Assembly: GCA_965237805.1 (NCBI GenBank)
Contig: OZ250153.1
Location: 1,216,001 to 1,280,000, forward strand
Source: Gammaproteobacteria bacterium
GTDB taxonomy: Bacteria; Pseudomonadota; Gammaproteobacteria; JABABF01
Direction of reading: 5' to 3'
DNA length: 64,000 nt
How positions within the stretch are numbered: the first letter of the stretch is position 1; each line of letters begins with the position of its first letter. A program made the translations under genes and the position numbers. Positions 39,119-50,438 of the stretch are shown here, in pieces. Below the pieces are notes generated by a model. It did no database searches, was not told the DNA's origin, and saw only the letters and a program-made list of their open reading frames with translations.

Positions 39119-41305
39119 TCAAACAAAAGCTTCCCCTGATTTTGCCCGATCCACCAGCAGCTGTGGCGGCTCAAAATCCGCACCGTAGCGCTCGGCCAGC
39201 TCGCGGCAGCGAGCCAAGCTGGCCTCCAGCCCCTTGTAGTTGAAGAACTGGAACACCCCACCAGTGTGTGCCGGGAAGCCGATGCCCATGATCGAGCCGA
39301 TGTTGCCGTCGGGCACACTCGTGATGATGCCCTCCTCCATCGCCCGCAAGGCCTCGACCCCCTCGGCGAACAGCATGCGGTCTTGGACATCCTCCAACGA
39401 TATGTTCCGCCCCGGGCCGTCTGCATACAGCTCTTTGAGTTTGGGCCACAGATATTTGTTGCCATCCTCAGGGTATTCGTAGAAGCCGCTGCCAAAGACC
39501 TTGCCCCGGCGGTCGAACTCTTCCACCATGCGTTTGCACAGGCGCATCGAGGCGTCTAGCAGGGGTTTGCCCTGTGCATCGGCATCCTTGACCGCATCCC
39601 CGGAGGCCTTCACCGCGGTGTCTAGGCTGATCTCGTCCATCAGCGTCAGCGGGCCGACAGGGTAGCCGGCGAAGCTCGCGGCATTTTCGATCAGCACCGG
39701 CGGTACGCCCTCGGTCACCATCGCCAGCCCTTGCCCTATCAGCTTGCCGAAGACACGGCTGGTAAAGAAACCGATGCCGTCGTTGACGACGATGGGTGTT
39801 TTGCCCATCTGCCGCCCGAGGTCAAAGGTGCGCGCCAGCGTCTCTTCGCTGGTGAGCTTGCCGCAGATGATCTCCACTAGGGGCATGCGCTCGGCCGGGG
39901 AGAAGAAGTGCATGCCGATGAAGTTGGCGGGTCGTTGCACCGCCTCGGCTAGTTCGGTGATCGGCAATGCCGAAGTGTTGGAAGTGAACAGCGCGTCCTT
40001 GTCCCGCAATACGGCTTCGGTCTCCGAGTTCACCTCAGCCTTCACGGCGCGATCTTCGAACACCGCCTCGATGATGGCATCGCAATCGGCCAAGTCGCCG
40101 AGCTCCCCAGTGGGCTGGATGTGCGCCAAGATCTCGGCGGTCTGCTGCTCGTCGATGCGGCGGTTCTTCTCGCAGGATTTGCGCACATAATCGAGGCCGC
40201 GCTCGGCGGTCGCTTGGTCGACATCCTTGAGCACCACATTGATGCCGCCGCGGGCTGCGGCCATCGCCAGCCCCGCTCCCATCTGCCCGGCACCGAGCAG
40301 GCCGAGGCGCTGCACCTTACGCTTGGCCACTCCTTTGGGTCGGCTGAGCCCGCTGTTGACGGCGTTCATCTGCACGAAGAAGGCCGTCATCATGTTGCGC
40401 GCCACCGGATCCAGCAGCAGCTTCAAGAAGTAGCGCGATTCGATCGCCGAGGCGGTGTCGAAATCCGTGACCCGTGCGGTGTCGCAGACGGCTGCAAATA
40501 TGGCCTGCTGTGCCGGCATGTTGCCGTGCGTCTGGTTCATGACATTGATCGGGCCAAAGAACATCAGCCCCTGCAAGCCTTGATCCTCCGCTGCATCTTT
40601 GGGCGCGCCGCCGGGGATGCGAAAACCCTTCTTGTCCCACGGCTGCACCGGCTCCGGTTCAGATAACAGCCAGACGCGTGCCGCCTTGCGCATCTCCTCT
40701 TCGCTGGCGGCCAGCTCGTCCACCAGCCCCTTGGCCAGCGCCTTGTTCGCTTTGAGGCGCTTGCCGGTGCTGATCAGCGTGATCGCCTCCTGCATCCCCA
40801 GCATACGCGTCAGGCGCACGATGCCTCCCGCCCCGGGCAACAGGCCCAATTGCGATTCTGGTAGGCCGACTTGCACCGAGGGATGATCCAGCGCAAAACG
40901 GCGGTGACAGGCGAGGCAGATCTCGTAGCCGCCGCCCAGCGCCGCCCCGTTGATGCCCACTGCCACCGGTACGCCCATCGTCTCCAGCTGGCGGAAAGGG
41001 CGTTTGGCTGCCATCATCGCCTCGAATAGCTGTCCCCGCTCTTCGGCGGACTGATTCAGCGGCATTGTCAACATCTCCTTGACATCGCCGCCGGCGAAGA
41101 ACTGCCCCGGCTTGGCGCTGCTCAGATAGATGCCCTTGATATTGTCCTTATCGGCTTCCAGCTCGGCGATGGCCGCTTTGAACGCCTTGTCAAAGGCGGT
41201 GCCCATGACATTGACTTTTTTGTCGGGCTGGTCGAAGACCATCTCGACGATGCCCTCGGCATCCTTTTCGAGGCGAATGTAGTTGCCGCCATTTCCCTGA
41301 GTCAT
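39119..41305 (-). CDS. fadJ: Fatty-acid oxidation multifunctional enzyme (enoyl-CoA hydratase/3-hydroxyacyl-CoA dehydrogenase, FadJ/FadB family)
   Basis: FFAGGD, ALGGGYE, GLPES, LGAGQMG, EAVFE, SNTS, GMHFFSP motifs. Confidence 0.9.
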   Translation of the reverse strand: MTQGNGGNYIRLEKDAEGIVEMVFDQPDKKVNVMGTAFDKAFKAAIAELEADKDNIKGIYLSSAKPGQFFAGGDVKEMLTMPLNQSAEERGQLFEAMMAAKRPFRQLETMGVPVAVGINGAALGGGYEICLACHRRFALDHPSVQVGLPESQLGLLPGAGGIVRLTRMLGMQEAITLISTGKRLKANKALAKGLVDELAASEEEMRKAARVWLLSEPEPVQPWDKKGFRIPGGAPKDAAEDQGLQGLMFFGPINVMNQTHGNMPAQQAIFAAVCDTARVTDFDTASAIESRYFLKLLLDPVARNMMTAFFVQMNAVNSGLSRPKGVAKRKVQRLGLLGAGQMGAGLAMAAARGGINVVLKDVDQATAERGLDYVRKSCEKNRRIDEQQTAEILAHIQPTGELGDLADCDAIIEAVFEDRAVKAEVNSETEAVLRDKDALFTSNTSALPITELAEAVQRPANFIGMHFFSPAERMPLVEIICGKLTSEETLARTFDLGRQMGKTPIVVNDGIGFFTSRVFGKLIGQGLAMVTEGVPPVLIENAASFAGYPVGPLTLMDEISLDTAVKASGDAVKDADAQGKPLLDASMRLCKRMVEEFDRRGKVFGSGFYEYPEDGNKYLWPKLKELYADGPGRNISLEDVQDRMLFAEGVEALRAMEEGIITSVPDGNIGSIMGIGFPAHTGGVFQFFNYKGLEASLARCRELAERYGADFEPPQLLVDRAKSGEAFV

Positions 41306-41398
41306 GATGTTCCCTTGATTTGCAGCTAGTGTTTGTTGACTGCGCACTGTGACTGTGCGCTGACGCGAGGCCAGCGTGTGGCACAGTGCGCGGTTGCT

Positions 41399-42610
41399 CT
41401 AAACGCGTTCGATGATGGTGGCGATACCGATGCCGCCACCAGCGCACAGCGTGGCGACGCCGTAACGCAGTTGGCGCCGTTCCAATTCATCCAGCAGGGT
41501 GCCGAGGATCATCGCGCCAGTGGCACCGATCGGGTGCCCCATGGCGATGGCCCCGCCGTTGACATTGATTTTCTCAGCCGGGATGCCGAGCAGTTTTTGG
41601 TAGCGCAACACGACGACGGCAAAGGCTTCGTTCAGCTCGAACAGGTCGATATCGTCGACACTGAGGCCAGCGAGCGCGAGGGCTTTTTCGGTGGCCGGGC
41701 CGGGGCCCGCCAGCATGATGGTCGGGTCGGTGCCGGTCAGGGCGCAGGCTACCACTCGTGCGCGCGGTTCGAGGCCTTGGTCGCGACCCGCTGTTTCGCT
41801 GCCGACCAGCACCGCGCTGGCACCGTCGACGATGCCCGAGGAGTTGCCGGGGGTGTGGATGTGCTCGACACGCTCCACGTGCGGGTAGCGGTGCTTGAGG
41901 TGATCGTCGTGCCCGAAGTCACCGAACATCTGAAAGGCCGGGTTGAGCGCGGCCAGCTTTGCCATCGACGTGCGGCGGATGGTCTCATCGCGCTCCAGCA
42001 CGGTCACGCCGTTGAAGTCCGTCACCGGTACCACCGAGCGTGCGAAGTGCCCCTCGTCCCAAGCGGTGGCGGCCAGCTCCTGTGAGCGCAAGCCGTAGCG
42101 ATCCACATCCTCGCGGTCGAAGCCGTCCAGTGTGGCCATCAAATCCGCCGCCACGCCTTGCGAGATACCGATATTGCGCTGATCCATCATCACCCATGGG
42201 TCGCCCAAGGCACCGCCGCTGGCACCCATACCGAGCCGTGACATCGACTCGACACCGCCGCCGACCACCAGCTGTTCGAAGCCGCTGCGCACTTTCATCG
42301 CCGCAGTGTTGACGGCATCTAGCCCACCGGCGCAGAAGCGGTGCAACTGGGCACCGGTGGTAATATGATCCCAGCCGGAGATGATCAGCGCGGACTTGGC
42401 GATGTTCTGGCCCTGCTCGCCCACCGGCTCTCCGGTGGCGATCACGACATCGTCGACTCGCGTGGTGTCTAAGTCATTGCGCTCGCGTAGCGCTTGCAAG
42501 AGATTGACGACCATTTCGATCGGTTTGACACCATACAGGCCGCCGCCGGGTTTGCCGCGGCCGCGCGGTGTCCGCACGGCATCGTAGATATAGGCTTCAT
42601 TGGTACTCAT
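41399..42610 (-). CDS. Acetyl-CoA C-acyltransferase (thiolase)
   Basis: [35 protein letters not shown] motifs. Confidence 0.95.
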   Translation of the reverse strand: MSTNEAYIYDAVRTPRGRGKPGGGLYGVKPIEMVVNLLQALRERNDLDTTRVDDVVIATGEPVGEQGQNIAKSALIISGWDHITTGAQLHRFCAGGLDAVNTAAMKVRSGFEQLVVGGGVESMSRLGMGASGGALGDPWVMMDQRNIGISQGVAADLMATLDGFDREDVDRYGLRSQELAATAWDEGHFARSVVPVTDFNGVTVLERDETIRRTSMAKLAALNPAFQMFGDFGHDDHLKHRYPHVERVEHIHTPGNSSGIVDGASAVLVGSETAGRDQGLEPRARVVACALTGTDPTIMLAGPGPATEKALALAGLSVDDIDLFELNEAFAVVVLRYQKLLGIPAEKINVNGGAIAMGHPIGATGAMILGTLLDELERRQLRYGVATLCAGGGIGIATIIERV

Positions 42611-42655
42611 GATTCGTTTTTTCCACTTTGTTCAACTGGGGTCTGCAATCAAGCA

Positions 42656-43138
42656 ATGATGATCGCCAGCTTGGGTCGCCGTCTCGGATCCTTATTCTAC
42701 GATAGCCTGCTGGTCGGTTCACTGCTCGCTTTGGTCGCTGCCACCGCTGTCACGCGGCAGGCCGTGCTCAGCGGTGAAGTCATGTCTCCAGACACTGGTC
42801 CGATGGTCTCGAGCCCTTGGTTTAGCCTCACGCTGCTGGCAACGCTATGCCTGTATTTCATCGGCTTTTGGCACCGTTCTGGGCAGACACCGGGCATGCG
42901 CGCTTGGGGTCTGTGGCTGGTGGCTGTGGACGGCTCCGCACCCGGCATCGCGCGCAGTGCCCTGCGCTTGGCCGCCGCCGTCCCGGCGCTACTCTGCTTG
43001 GGCGGCGGTTATTGGTGGCAGTTATTCGACCGACGCGGCTGTTTGCACGACCTGTTGTCGGCCACCCGCGTCATGCGCCTACCCCATACTACCGTCGCCT
43101 CAGACCCGTCGGTCGAGCAGCCACAGGCTGGCGATTAG
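42656..43138 (+). CDS. RDD family membrane protein
   Basis: ASLGRRLGSLFYD, GQTPGMRAWGL, LHDLLSAT motifs. Confidence 0.85.
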   Translation: MMIASLGRRLGSLFYDSLLVGSLLALVAATAVTRQAVLSGEVMSPDTGPMVSSPWFSLTLLATLCLYFIGFWHRSGQTPGMRAWGLWLVAVDGSAPGIARSALRLAAAVPALLCLGGGYWWQLFDRRGCLHDLLSATRVMRLPHTTVASDPSVEQPQAGD

Positions 43139-44158
43139 GCTCAGCAACGGCACTACTGCCACCCCGGCGAAGGGGCTGAAATCCAATGCGACACTGGCGG
43201 TGCCGCCGAGGTTTTGCAGATAGCTGAACAACACGCCGATCAAGATGCCACCGCCGGTGCGCAGCGCGATGCTGGCGTTGCGCCCGGCACCGATCAGCAT
43301 TGCGGCGATCAGCGCCACCAGCCCGATGGTGGACAGCGGAATCAGTAGGCTACGCCAGCAGGATAGCCAATGGCGTGCGCCGATGTGCGTCCCGTAGCGG
43401 CTCAGGGACTCGGCTTCGCGCCAGCGTGCGAACAGTGGCAGCTGTGCGGGCGGTAGCGCGGCACTGAGCAGGTTGTCGGGCGTCGGCAGCCCAGTCAGCC
43501 TCAGTTCGTCCAGCTCGCGCTGCTGCAGCTGCACTGCACCGTCGTCATCCTCCGCCACGCTCAGCTCATGCGCTCCGGGCAGTAGCCATACGCCGTTTTC
43601 CCAGCGCCCCCGCCCGGCTCGCTTTAAAGTTTGCAGTCGGTGTCCGGCATTCAGCTGGTAGAGGGTGAAACCGCTCAGCTCGCTGCCGTCTGCACTCAGC
43701 TCATCGATTTGCAGATAATCGCCAGCGGCGGTGCGCCACAGCTGGGGCGTGGCCAGCTGCACCCCAGCGCCCATTTGCGCCGCCTGCCGCAGGGACCAAG
43801 GCACTGCCTCGAAGGCCAGCGCCACCGCCACCGCGCTCAGCAACAGCCCCGGCAGCAGTGCGGCGACGGCGATGCGCAACGCGCTGTGGCCGCCAGCGCG
43901 CAAGGCGATCAGCTCGTTGTGCTGCGCCAGCGAGGCCAAGCCGAGCATGGCTCCGCACAGGGCGATGAATTGCGTGTATTCATGGATGGTGGCGGGTAGC
44001 AGTAGGAACTCCAGCTCCACGGCGACGCGCCAACCGATTTCATGCCCCTCCTCGACGATGCGCCAAGCGACTGATAGCAACAACAGGCCCAGTAATACCA
44101 GCGCTGTGGCGCGGCCGACGATGCTGGCCACATAGCGGTCGGCGGGGTGCATGGTCAT
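43100..44158 (-). CDS. lptG: LPS export ABC permease LptG
   Basis: DRYV, LASLAQHNELIALRAGG motif, 6-TM layout, follows lptF. Confidence 0.85.
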   Translation of the reverse strand: MTMHPADRYVASIVGRATALVLLGLLLLSVAWRIVEEGHEIGWRVAVELEFLLLPATIHEYTQFIALCGAMLGLASLAQHNELIALRAGGHSALRIAVAALLPGLLLSAVAVALAFEAVPWSLRQAAQMGAGVQLATPQLWRTAAGDYLQIDELSADGSELSGFTLYQLNAGHRLQTLKRAGRGRWENGVWLLPGAHELSVAEDDDGAVQLQQRELDELRLTGLPTPDNLLSAALPPAQLPLFARWREAESLSRYGTHIGARHWLSCWRSLLIPLSTIGLVALIAAMLIGAGRNASIALRTGGGILIGVLFSYLQNLGGTASVALDFSPFAGVAVVPLLSLIASLWLLDRRV

Positions 44159-45237
44159 CGCTTGGCGCGCTTGCGCAATACGCCAGATTGCCACAGCAGC
44201 GCGGCGGTGGAGATGACGGCGATGGTGGCGGGCAGCGGCCAGAAGGCGGTTGGCGGCGGTCGGTCGGTGGCACCGCTCCAGATACCGAGCGCGGCCAAGC
44301 TGAGTGCGTAGACCATGACCACCACTAGGCTCTGCCACTGGAAGCCCCAGCCCATGCGGGGCGGCCTCAGCGCCCCGGCGCAGGCTAGAGACAGCAAGGC
44401 CAGCGCTGGGGGCAGTAGCGGCAGAGCCAGCCGCCGCTGCAGCTCGGCCCGCGCCTCGTTGTGCTGATCGGCCATCAGCGCGGGCGTCGACCGAGCTTGG
44501 GCGCGCATCGAGCGCCGCGCGGTGTCGAACCAGTCTTCTACGGAGCGCGAAAAAGATGCGAAGCGCAGCACCGTGAAATCGCCGCCCGGCTCCGCTCGAT
44601 AGGCTGTGCCGCTGTGCAGCTTGAGCTGGAAGCCGCTGTCGGGATCAATGTCGATGTACCCGCTGTCGGCCAGCACCAGCAGTGGCGGGGCATTGTGCTC
44701 GTGCGGGGTGAGGACGACGACATCGCGCAGTGCCGTGCGTGCCCCCTCGCGCTGGCTGTGCTCGGCGTAGACGATGGCCCTGCCGCCCGCCAGTGGTCGC
44801 CCGTATGCGGGCGGGCGCACCAAGCCGATCACCTCTGGGCTGCTCAGTATCTGGTGGCTGCGAGCCGAGCCGAGGGGAGCCAAATAGAGGCTGCACAGCC
44901 CCGTCAGTGCGGCGACGATCAGAGCGCTACCCTGCAACAGCCAAGCCATTCGCCCTAGGCCGATGCCAGCCGCCGAGGCGGCCAGCAGTTCCGAATAACC
45001 GCGCAGCCGCGCCAAGGCGATGGCAACGCCGACGGCGAAGGCTCCAGGCAACAGCTGGGCGATAAACTCCGGCAGGCGCCAGAGGATCACTGGCACGATG
45101 AACTCCGCTGGCAACTGAGTGCTGACCGCGCTCTCCAGATAGCGTGAGCTGCGGATCAAGACAATGCCAGCCAGCAGCACCGAGGCCGTCAACATTGAGA
45201 CTGCCATGACTTGACGCGTTATATAGCGCAGCAGCAC
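44155..45237 (-). CDS. lptF: LPS export ABC permease LptF
   Basis: LLRYITRQV, SELLAASAAG, AELQRRLALP; divergent from pepA; start approximate. Confidence 0.85.
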   Translation of the reverse strand: MLLRYITRQVMAVSMLTASVLLAGIVLIRSSRYLESAVSTQLPAEFIVPVILWRLPEFIAQLLPGAFAVGVAIALARLRGYSELLAASAAGIGLGRMAWLLQGSALIVAALTGLCSLYLAPLGSARSHQILSSPEVIGLVRPPAYGRPLAGGRAIVYAEHSQREGARTALRDVVVLTPHEHNAPPLLVLADSGYIDIDPDSGFQLKLHSGTAYRAEPGGDFTVLRFASFSRSVEDWFDTARRSMRAQARSTPALMADQHNEARAELQRRLALPLLPPALALLSLACAGALRPPRMGWGFQWQSLVVVMVYALSLAALGIWSGATDRPPPTAFWPLPATIAVISTAALLWQSGVLRKRAKR

Positions 45238-45316
45238 GGTCTTCCTCGGTGAGGCAGCATGCCCCGCATTATAGAAGCGCCTCGGGCTCAGCTGTGGACG
45301 CCGCCCCATATACTAG

Positions 45317-46849
45317 ATGCTCTATGCGCCTGAGGAATCCTGCATGTCCGCCATGAAGACCCGGCTTAAGGCTACCGCAGATGTCGCCACAGTCGCCACG
45401 CCTTGTGCCGTGGTGTTCATCGGTACCGATGGCAAGCTGTCTGCTGCAGCGACGGTGCTGGATCGTGCTGGCAAGGGTTGCCTAAAGCGGCTCATCCGTT
45501 CCGGCGAGTGCAGTGGCAAGCCGGGCAAAACGCTGTTGCTGCACCAGCCGCCTGGTCTCAAGGCCGCACGTCTGCTAGTGGTGGGTTGCGGCGAGGCTCC
45601 GCGTAGCGCACTGGCCGTGCGCAAGGTGTTGACGGCCATGATTGCAGCGTTGGAGCCACTGCCCGACGGCGGTGCGCTGATCTGCCTCGACGGCCTCGTC
45701 TCGGGTGCTGTGGGCGAGTTTGCACTGCTGCGCCAGCTGACTTACCTCGCCGGGCTCAGCCGCCCAGCACCCGGCACCGCTGCCACTGTTCGCAAGCTGC
45801 GCGTGCGACATTTAGATCTCGTCCTGCCGGGTCGCAACAGTGCCGCCCGTCGTGCGGTGCTGGCCGCGGGCACGGCGATGGCGCTGGGTGCGGACACTGC
45901 TCGCGAGCTGGGTAATCTGCCGCCCAACAAATGCACGCCGCGCTATCTCGCCCGCCGTGCGCGCCAGCTGGCGCGAGGCTATCAATCACTGTCGGTGCGC
46001 GTCCTCGGCGAGGCTGAGCAGCGGCGTCTGGGCATGGGGGCGCTGCTGTCGGTCAGTCAGGGCAGTCGCGAGCCATCCCAAGTGGTGGTGCTGCGCTACA
46101 GCGGTGCCGCGGCGAAGCAGCCGCCGGTGGCGCTGGTCGGCAAGGGCGTCACTTTCGACAGCGGCGGCATCAGCATCAAGCCCGCCCAGGCTATGGATGA
46201 GATGAAATACGACATGTGTGGGGCGGCTGCCGTCTTCGGTGTGCTGCACGCTGCGGCCGAGCTGGAACTGCCGCTGAACTTGGTCGGCGTGGTGCCGAGT
46301 TCCGAGAACCTGCCGGGCGGCGGTGCCACGCGCCCTGGCGATGTGGTGACCAGCATGTCGGGCAAGACCATTGAAGTGCTCAACACCGATGCCGAAGGGC
46401 GCCTATTGTTGTGCGATGCTCTGCACTACACGCAACAGATTTTCCATCCCGCCTGCTTGATCGACATCGCTACGCTGACTGGCGCCTGTGTCGTCGCGCT
46501 CGGCAAGCATGCCAGCGGCCTGCTCTCCAACCGCGATGACTTGGCCGATGCGCTGCTCGCCGCCGGTGAGGAGACGGGAGACCGCGCTTGGCGTCTGCCG
46601 CTGTGGGATGAATACCAAGAGGAGCTGGTCAGTAACTTCGCCGATCTGCCGAATATCGGTGGCCGCGGCGCTGGCACCATCACCGCCGCCTGTTTCCTGT
46701 CGCGCTTCGTCGATGCCGACATCCCCTGGGCTCATCTGGACATTGCTGGCGTGGCCTATCGCGGCGGTGCCGGTCGCGCCAAAGGTGCCACCGGTCGTCC
46801 GGTGCCGCTGTTGGTGCAGTACCTGATCGAGCGCTGCCGCAGCCGGTGA
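45317..46849 (+). CDS. pepA: Leucyl aminopeptidase
   Basis: VGKGVTFDSGG, MKYDMCG, NTDAEGRL, DIATLTGA motifs. Confidence 0.96.
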   Translation: MLYAPEESCMSAMKTRLKATADVATVATPCAVVFIGTDGKLSAAATVLDRAGKGCLKRLIRSGECSGKPGKTLLLHQPPGLKAARLLVVGCGEAPRSALAVRKVLTAMIAALEPLPDGGALICLDGLVSGAVGEFALLRQLTYLAGLSRPAPGTAATVRKLRVRHLDLVLPGRNSAARRAVLAAGTAMALGADTARELGNLPPNKCTPRYLARRARQLARGYQSLSVRVLGEAEQRRLGMGALLSVSQGSREPSQVVVLRYSGAAAKQPPVALVGKGVTFDSGGISIKPAQAMDEMKYDMCGAAAVFGVLHAAAELELPLNLVGVVPSSENLPGGGATRPGDVVTSMSGKTIEVLNTDAEGRLLLCDALHYTQQIFHPACLIDIATLTGACVVALGKHASGLLSNRDDLADALLAAGEETGDRAWRLPLWDEYQEELVSNFADLPNIGGRGAGTITAACFLSRFVDADIPWAHLDIAGVAYRGGAGRAKGATGRPVPLLVQYLIERCRSR

Positions 46850-47301
46850 GCGGGCAGCTAGACTGCTATCGCGTCGCGCCCGGGGGCCGCTCCCCGGAAC
46901 AGGTGGCCTGCGCGCTGGCCGAGAAGGCTTTTAGGCAAGGCTATAGGGTGCACCTGCAGGTGCCGGATGCCGCCGCCGCTGAGGCGCTGGACGAGCTGTT
47001 GTGGACTTTCCGCGCCGACAGCTTTGTGCCCCACTGCCTGTTGTCGTCGGCGGCAGATGCGAGCGCGCCCGACACAGCTCCGGTGACGGTGGGGGCGAGC
47101 ACACCGCCGCCACCTTCAGAGCGCAGCTTGTTGTTGCTTGTCGGTGCCGTGTCGGGGGCTGGCGGCGAGCTTTTTCAGCGTGTTGCCACCGTGATGGCTG
47201 AGGACGATGCAGCGGCCTTGGATGCGGTGCAACAGCTCGCGGATGCGGCTCGCGAGCGCGGTGTCGAAGTGCGCGAGCATCGTTTGTCAGGCGGGCGCTG
47301 A
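46846..47301 (+). CDS. holC: DNA polymerase III chi subunit
   Basis: ACALAEKA and [13 protein letters not shown] motifs; between pepA and valS. Confidence 0.85.
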   Translation: MSGQLDCYRVAPGGRSPEQVACALAEKAFRQGYRVHLQVPDAAAAEALDELLWTFRADSFVPHCLLSSAADASAPDTAPVTVGASTPPPPSERSLLLLVGAVSGAGGELFQRVATVMAEDDAAALDAVQQLADAARERGVEVREHRLSGGR

Positions 47302-47303
47302 GC

Positions 47304-50078
47304 GTGGATCCGGCCTACAATCCGGCGGCTATAGAGCGCCACTGGTACGAACACTGGGAGCGGCAGGGGCATTTCGAGCCGCACGGTGACGGCGAGCCTT
47401 GGTGCATCCTGTTGCCGCCGCCCAATGTCACTGGCAGCCTGCACATGGGGCACGGTTTCCAGCAGACGCTGATGGATGTGTTGGTGCGTTGGCAGCGTAT
47501 GCGCGGTCGCCGCACATTGTGGCAGGGCGGCACCGACCACGCCGGTATCGCCACGCAGATGGTGGTTGAGCGGCAGCTGGAGCGCGCCGGCGAATCGCGC
47601 GCCGAACTGGGACGCGATGCCTTTGTCGAGCGCGTGTGGCGCTGGAAAGAGGAATCCGGTGGCACTATTACCCGCCAGATGCGCCGCCTCGGTGTGTCGT
47701 TGGACTGGTCGCGCGAACGCTTCACGATGGACGAAGGGCTCTCGCGTACGGTGCGGGAGGTCTTTGTGCGACTCCACCGCGAGGGGTTGATCTACCGCGG
47801 CCAGCGCTTGGTCAATTGGGATCCGCAGCTGCGCACTGCCGTCTCCGATCTCGAGGTGGTCGCCGAGGAGGAGCAAGGGCATCTGTGGCACTGTCGCTAC
47901 CCGTTGGTGGATGGCGATGGTGCAGTGGTGGTGGCGACGACACGGCCGGAGACGCTGCTCGGCGACACTGCGGTGGCCGTACATCCAGAAGATGAGCGCT
48001 ATCGCGCACTGGTCGGCCGCCGCGTGCGCTTGCCGTTGGCCGGGCGCGAGCTGCCGATCATCGCCGATGATCAGGTCGATTCGGAGTTCGGCACCGGTTG
48101 CGTGAAGATCACCCCGGCTCACGATTTCAACGACTACGAGATGGGTCTGCGCCACCAGCTGCCGATGATCGACATCCTCGCCGAGGACGCGACCCTGAAC
48201 GACAACGCGCCAGCAGCCTACCGCGGTTTGGATCGCTACGAAGCGCGGCGGCGCGTGGTGGCAGCGCTGGCAGCTGAGGGGCTACTGGAGAAAGTGGAGC
48301 CGCACCGGCTCAAGGTGCCGCGCGGCGACCGCTCTGGAGTGGTGGTCGAGCCCCGGCTCACCGACCAGTGGTTTGTGCGCGCCGGGCCGCTGGCTGAGGA
48401 GGCGCAGCGCGCGGTGGAGGACGGTCGCGTGCGCTTTGTGCCCGACCATTGGAAGAACAGCTACTTCGCGTGGCTGCGCGAGATCAAAGACTGGTGTATC
48501 AGCCGCCAGCTGTGGTGGGGGCACCGCATCCCGGCTTGGTACGGCCCCGATGGCCAGCTGTGGGTGGGGCACAGCGAGGAGGCGGTGCGCCGCGAGCATC
48601 AGCTGCCGGCCTCGCTGCCGTTGCGCCAAGATGAAGATGTGTTGGATACATGGTTTTCCTCGGCGCTGTGGAGCTTTTCGACCTTGGGGTGGCCAGAGCG
48701 GACACCAGAGCTGGCAGACTACCACCCGACGGCGGTGCTGGTCACCGGCTTTGACATCATCTTCTTCTGGGTGGCACGGATGGTGATGATGAGTCTGCAC
48801 CTGCTCGGCGAGGTGCCGTTTCACGATGTTTATGTGACCGGGCTGGTGCGCGATGCCCGCGGTCAGAAGATGTCGAAGTCGCGCGGCAATGCGCTCGACC
48901 CGATCGACTTGGTGGACGGCATCGGCCGCGAGGAGTTGGTGGCCAAGCGCACAGCCGATTTGATGAAGCCAAAGCAGATCGAGCAGATCGCCGAGGCGAC
49001 ACGGCGCGAATTCCCTGAGGGCATCGCCGCACACGGCACCGACGCACTGCGTTTCACCTTCTGTGCCTTGGCCTCCACGACCCGCGATCTGCGCTTCGAT
49101 ATGGGGCGGGTCGAGGGCTACCGCAATTTCTGTAACAAGCTGTGGAACGCAGCGCGCTTTGTCATGCAGCAGGCCACAACAGGCACCGCCCTAGCCGAGC
49201 CGGGGGGCGAGGCCAGCACTGTCGGTATGGCTGAGCGCTGGATTGTCTCGCGCCTGCAGCGGGCGGTGGCTGACTACACGTCGGCGCTGGATGACTACCG
49301 CTTCGATTTGGCATCGCAGGCCTTGCACGAGTTCTGTTGGCACGAGTACTGCGACTGGTATCTGGAGCTGGCCAAGCTCCGCTTGGCTGATTTGCCACCG
49401 GACAGCGATGCGGCGCGGGAGATCCGGCGCGTGTTGGTACAGGTGTTGGAGCAGGCCTTGCGACTCGCCCATCCGATGATGCCCTTTATCACCGAGGAGC
49501 TGTGGCAGCGTCTGCGACCGCTCAGTGGTTGCGTCGGGGACAGTCTCAGTCTCGAGGTGGCCCCGGTGGTCGACGACGCATTGCGCGACACCGAGGCCGA
49601 GGCCGAGATCGAGTGGCTCAAGGGAGTGGTCGGCGCGGTACGTCACCTGCGCGGCGAGTTGCGGGTGCCGCCGGGGCGGCGTGTTTCGCTGTTGCTGCGT
49701 GGCGGTAGTGCCGACGATCGGGTCCGCAGCGGGCGCTATGCTGCGGAGCTGGGCAGCTTGGCGGGTCTGGCCGACTGCCGTTGGCTGGAGCAAGGGGAGG
49801 TGCCGCCGCCGGTGGCCGCCCATCTGCGCGCTTCCTTAGAGCTGCTGTTGCCGCTGGCAGGGCTGGCCGACCCAGCGCAGGAGCGGCAGCGTTTGCAACA
49901 GACATTGGAACGGTTGGAGCAGGATGCCTTGCGCCATCGGGCCAAGCTCGAGCGCGGCAGCTTTGCGTCCAAGGCACCGGTGGAGGTGGTCGATGAAACG
50001 CGACGGCGATTGGCTCAAGCCGAAGCCGAGGCAGAGCTGCTGCGTCGCCAGCTGATCCTGCTGGCAGGGGCTTCCTAG
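47304..50078 (+). CDS. valS: Valine--tRNA ligase
   Basis: [30 protein letters not shown] motifs. Confidence 0.98.
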   Translation: MDPAYNPAAIERHWYEHWERQGHFEPHGDGEPWCILLPPPNVTGSLHMGHGFQQTLMDVLVRWQRMRGRRTLWQGGTDHAGIATQMVVERQLERAGESRAELGRDAFVERVWRWKEESGGTITRQMRRLGVSLDWSRERFTMDEGLSRTVREVFVRLHREGLIYRGQRLVNWDPQLRTAVSDLEVVAEEEQGHLWHCRYPLVDGDGAVVVATTRPETLLGDTAVAVHPEDERYRALVGRRVRLPLAGRELPIIADDQVDSEFGTGCVKITPAHDFNDYEMGLRHQLPMIDILAEDATLNDNAPAAYRGLDRYEARRRVVAALAAEGLLEKVEPHRLKVPRGDRSGVVVEPRLTDQWFVRAGPLAEEAQRAVEDGRVRFVPDHWKNSYFAWLREIKDWCISRQLWWGHRIPAWYGPDGQLWVGHSEEAVRREHQLPASLPLRQDEDVLDTWFSSALWSFSTLGWPERTPELADYHPTAVLVTGFDIIFFWVARMVMMSLHLLGEVPFHDVYVTGLVRDARGQKMSKSRGNALDPIDLVDGIGREELVAKRTADLMKPKQIEQIAEATRREFPEGIAAHGTDALRFTFCALASTTRDLRFDMGRVEGYRNFCNKLWNAARFVMQQATTGTALAEPGGEASTVGMAERWIVSRLQRAVADYTSALDDYRFDLASQALHEFCWHEYCDWYLELAKLRLADLPPDSDAAREIRRVLVQVLEQALRLAHPMMPFITEELWQRLRPLSGCVGDSLSLEVAPVVDDALRDTEAEAEIEWLKGVVGAVRHLRGELRVPPGRRVSLLLRGGSADDRVRSGRYAAELGSLAGLADCRWLEQGEVPPPVAAHLRASLELLLPLAGLADPAQERQRLQQTLERLEQDALRHRAKLERGSFASKAPVEVVDETRRRLAQAEAEAELLRRQLILLAGAS

Positions 50079-50188
50079 CGCGGTTCTTGGCCTTGTTATG
50101 GCTGGCATCTCGGCGCTGCACCTTGGGGCGCTTTGCTTAGGTAGTCATGGATTTTGGGCAGCGTTGGCCGTTCGCTGGGTCGCTTTGG

Positions 50189-50197
50189 TGTTATACT
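50189..50197 (+). promoter_or_regulatory. Putative extended -10 element (TGTTATACT) for the cold-shock-domain gene
   Basis: Matches TGnTATAaT consensus in an AT-rich patch about 240 bp upstream of the start codon. Confidence 0.4.
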
Positions 50198-50438
50198 TTA
50201 TTTAGGTGCCTTTTGTGTTGCGGGCATTCGCTCGGCGATCCCATGTGATTCGCTGTTCGACCTGCCAGCTCAAAGGCAATTCTGTGGACGGAGGAGTCCA
50301 CGAAGTTGCGGCCAAATACAGGCAGTTCACACAACCCGGCACACCGGTGCTCCGCGCAGGCTGATGCCAAGTGGGATATCAGGCAGTTTCTGGTGTTTGT
50401 TCGCGACCGCGCGAGTGCTTTCATTGGAGGTAATGGAG

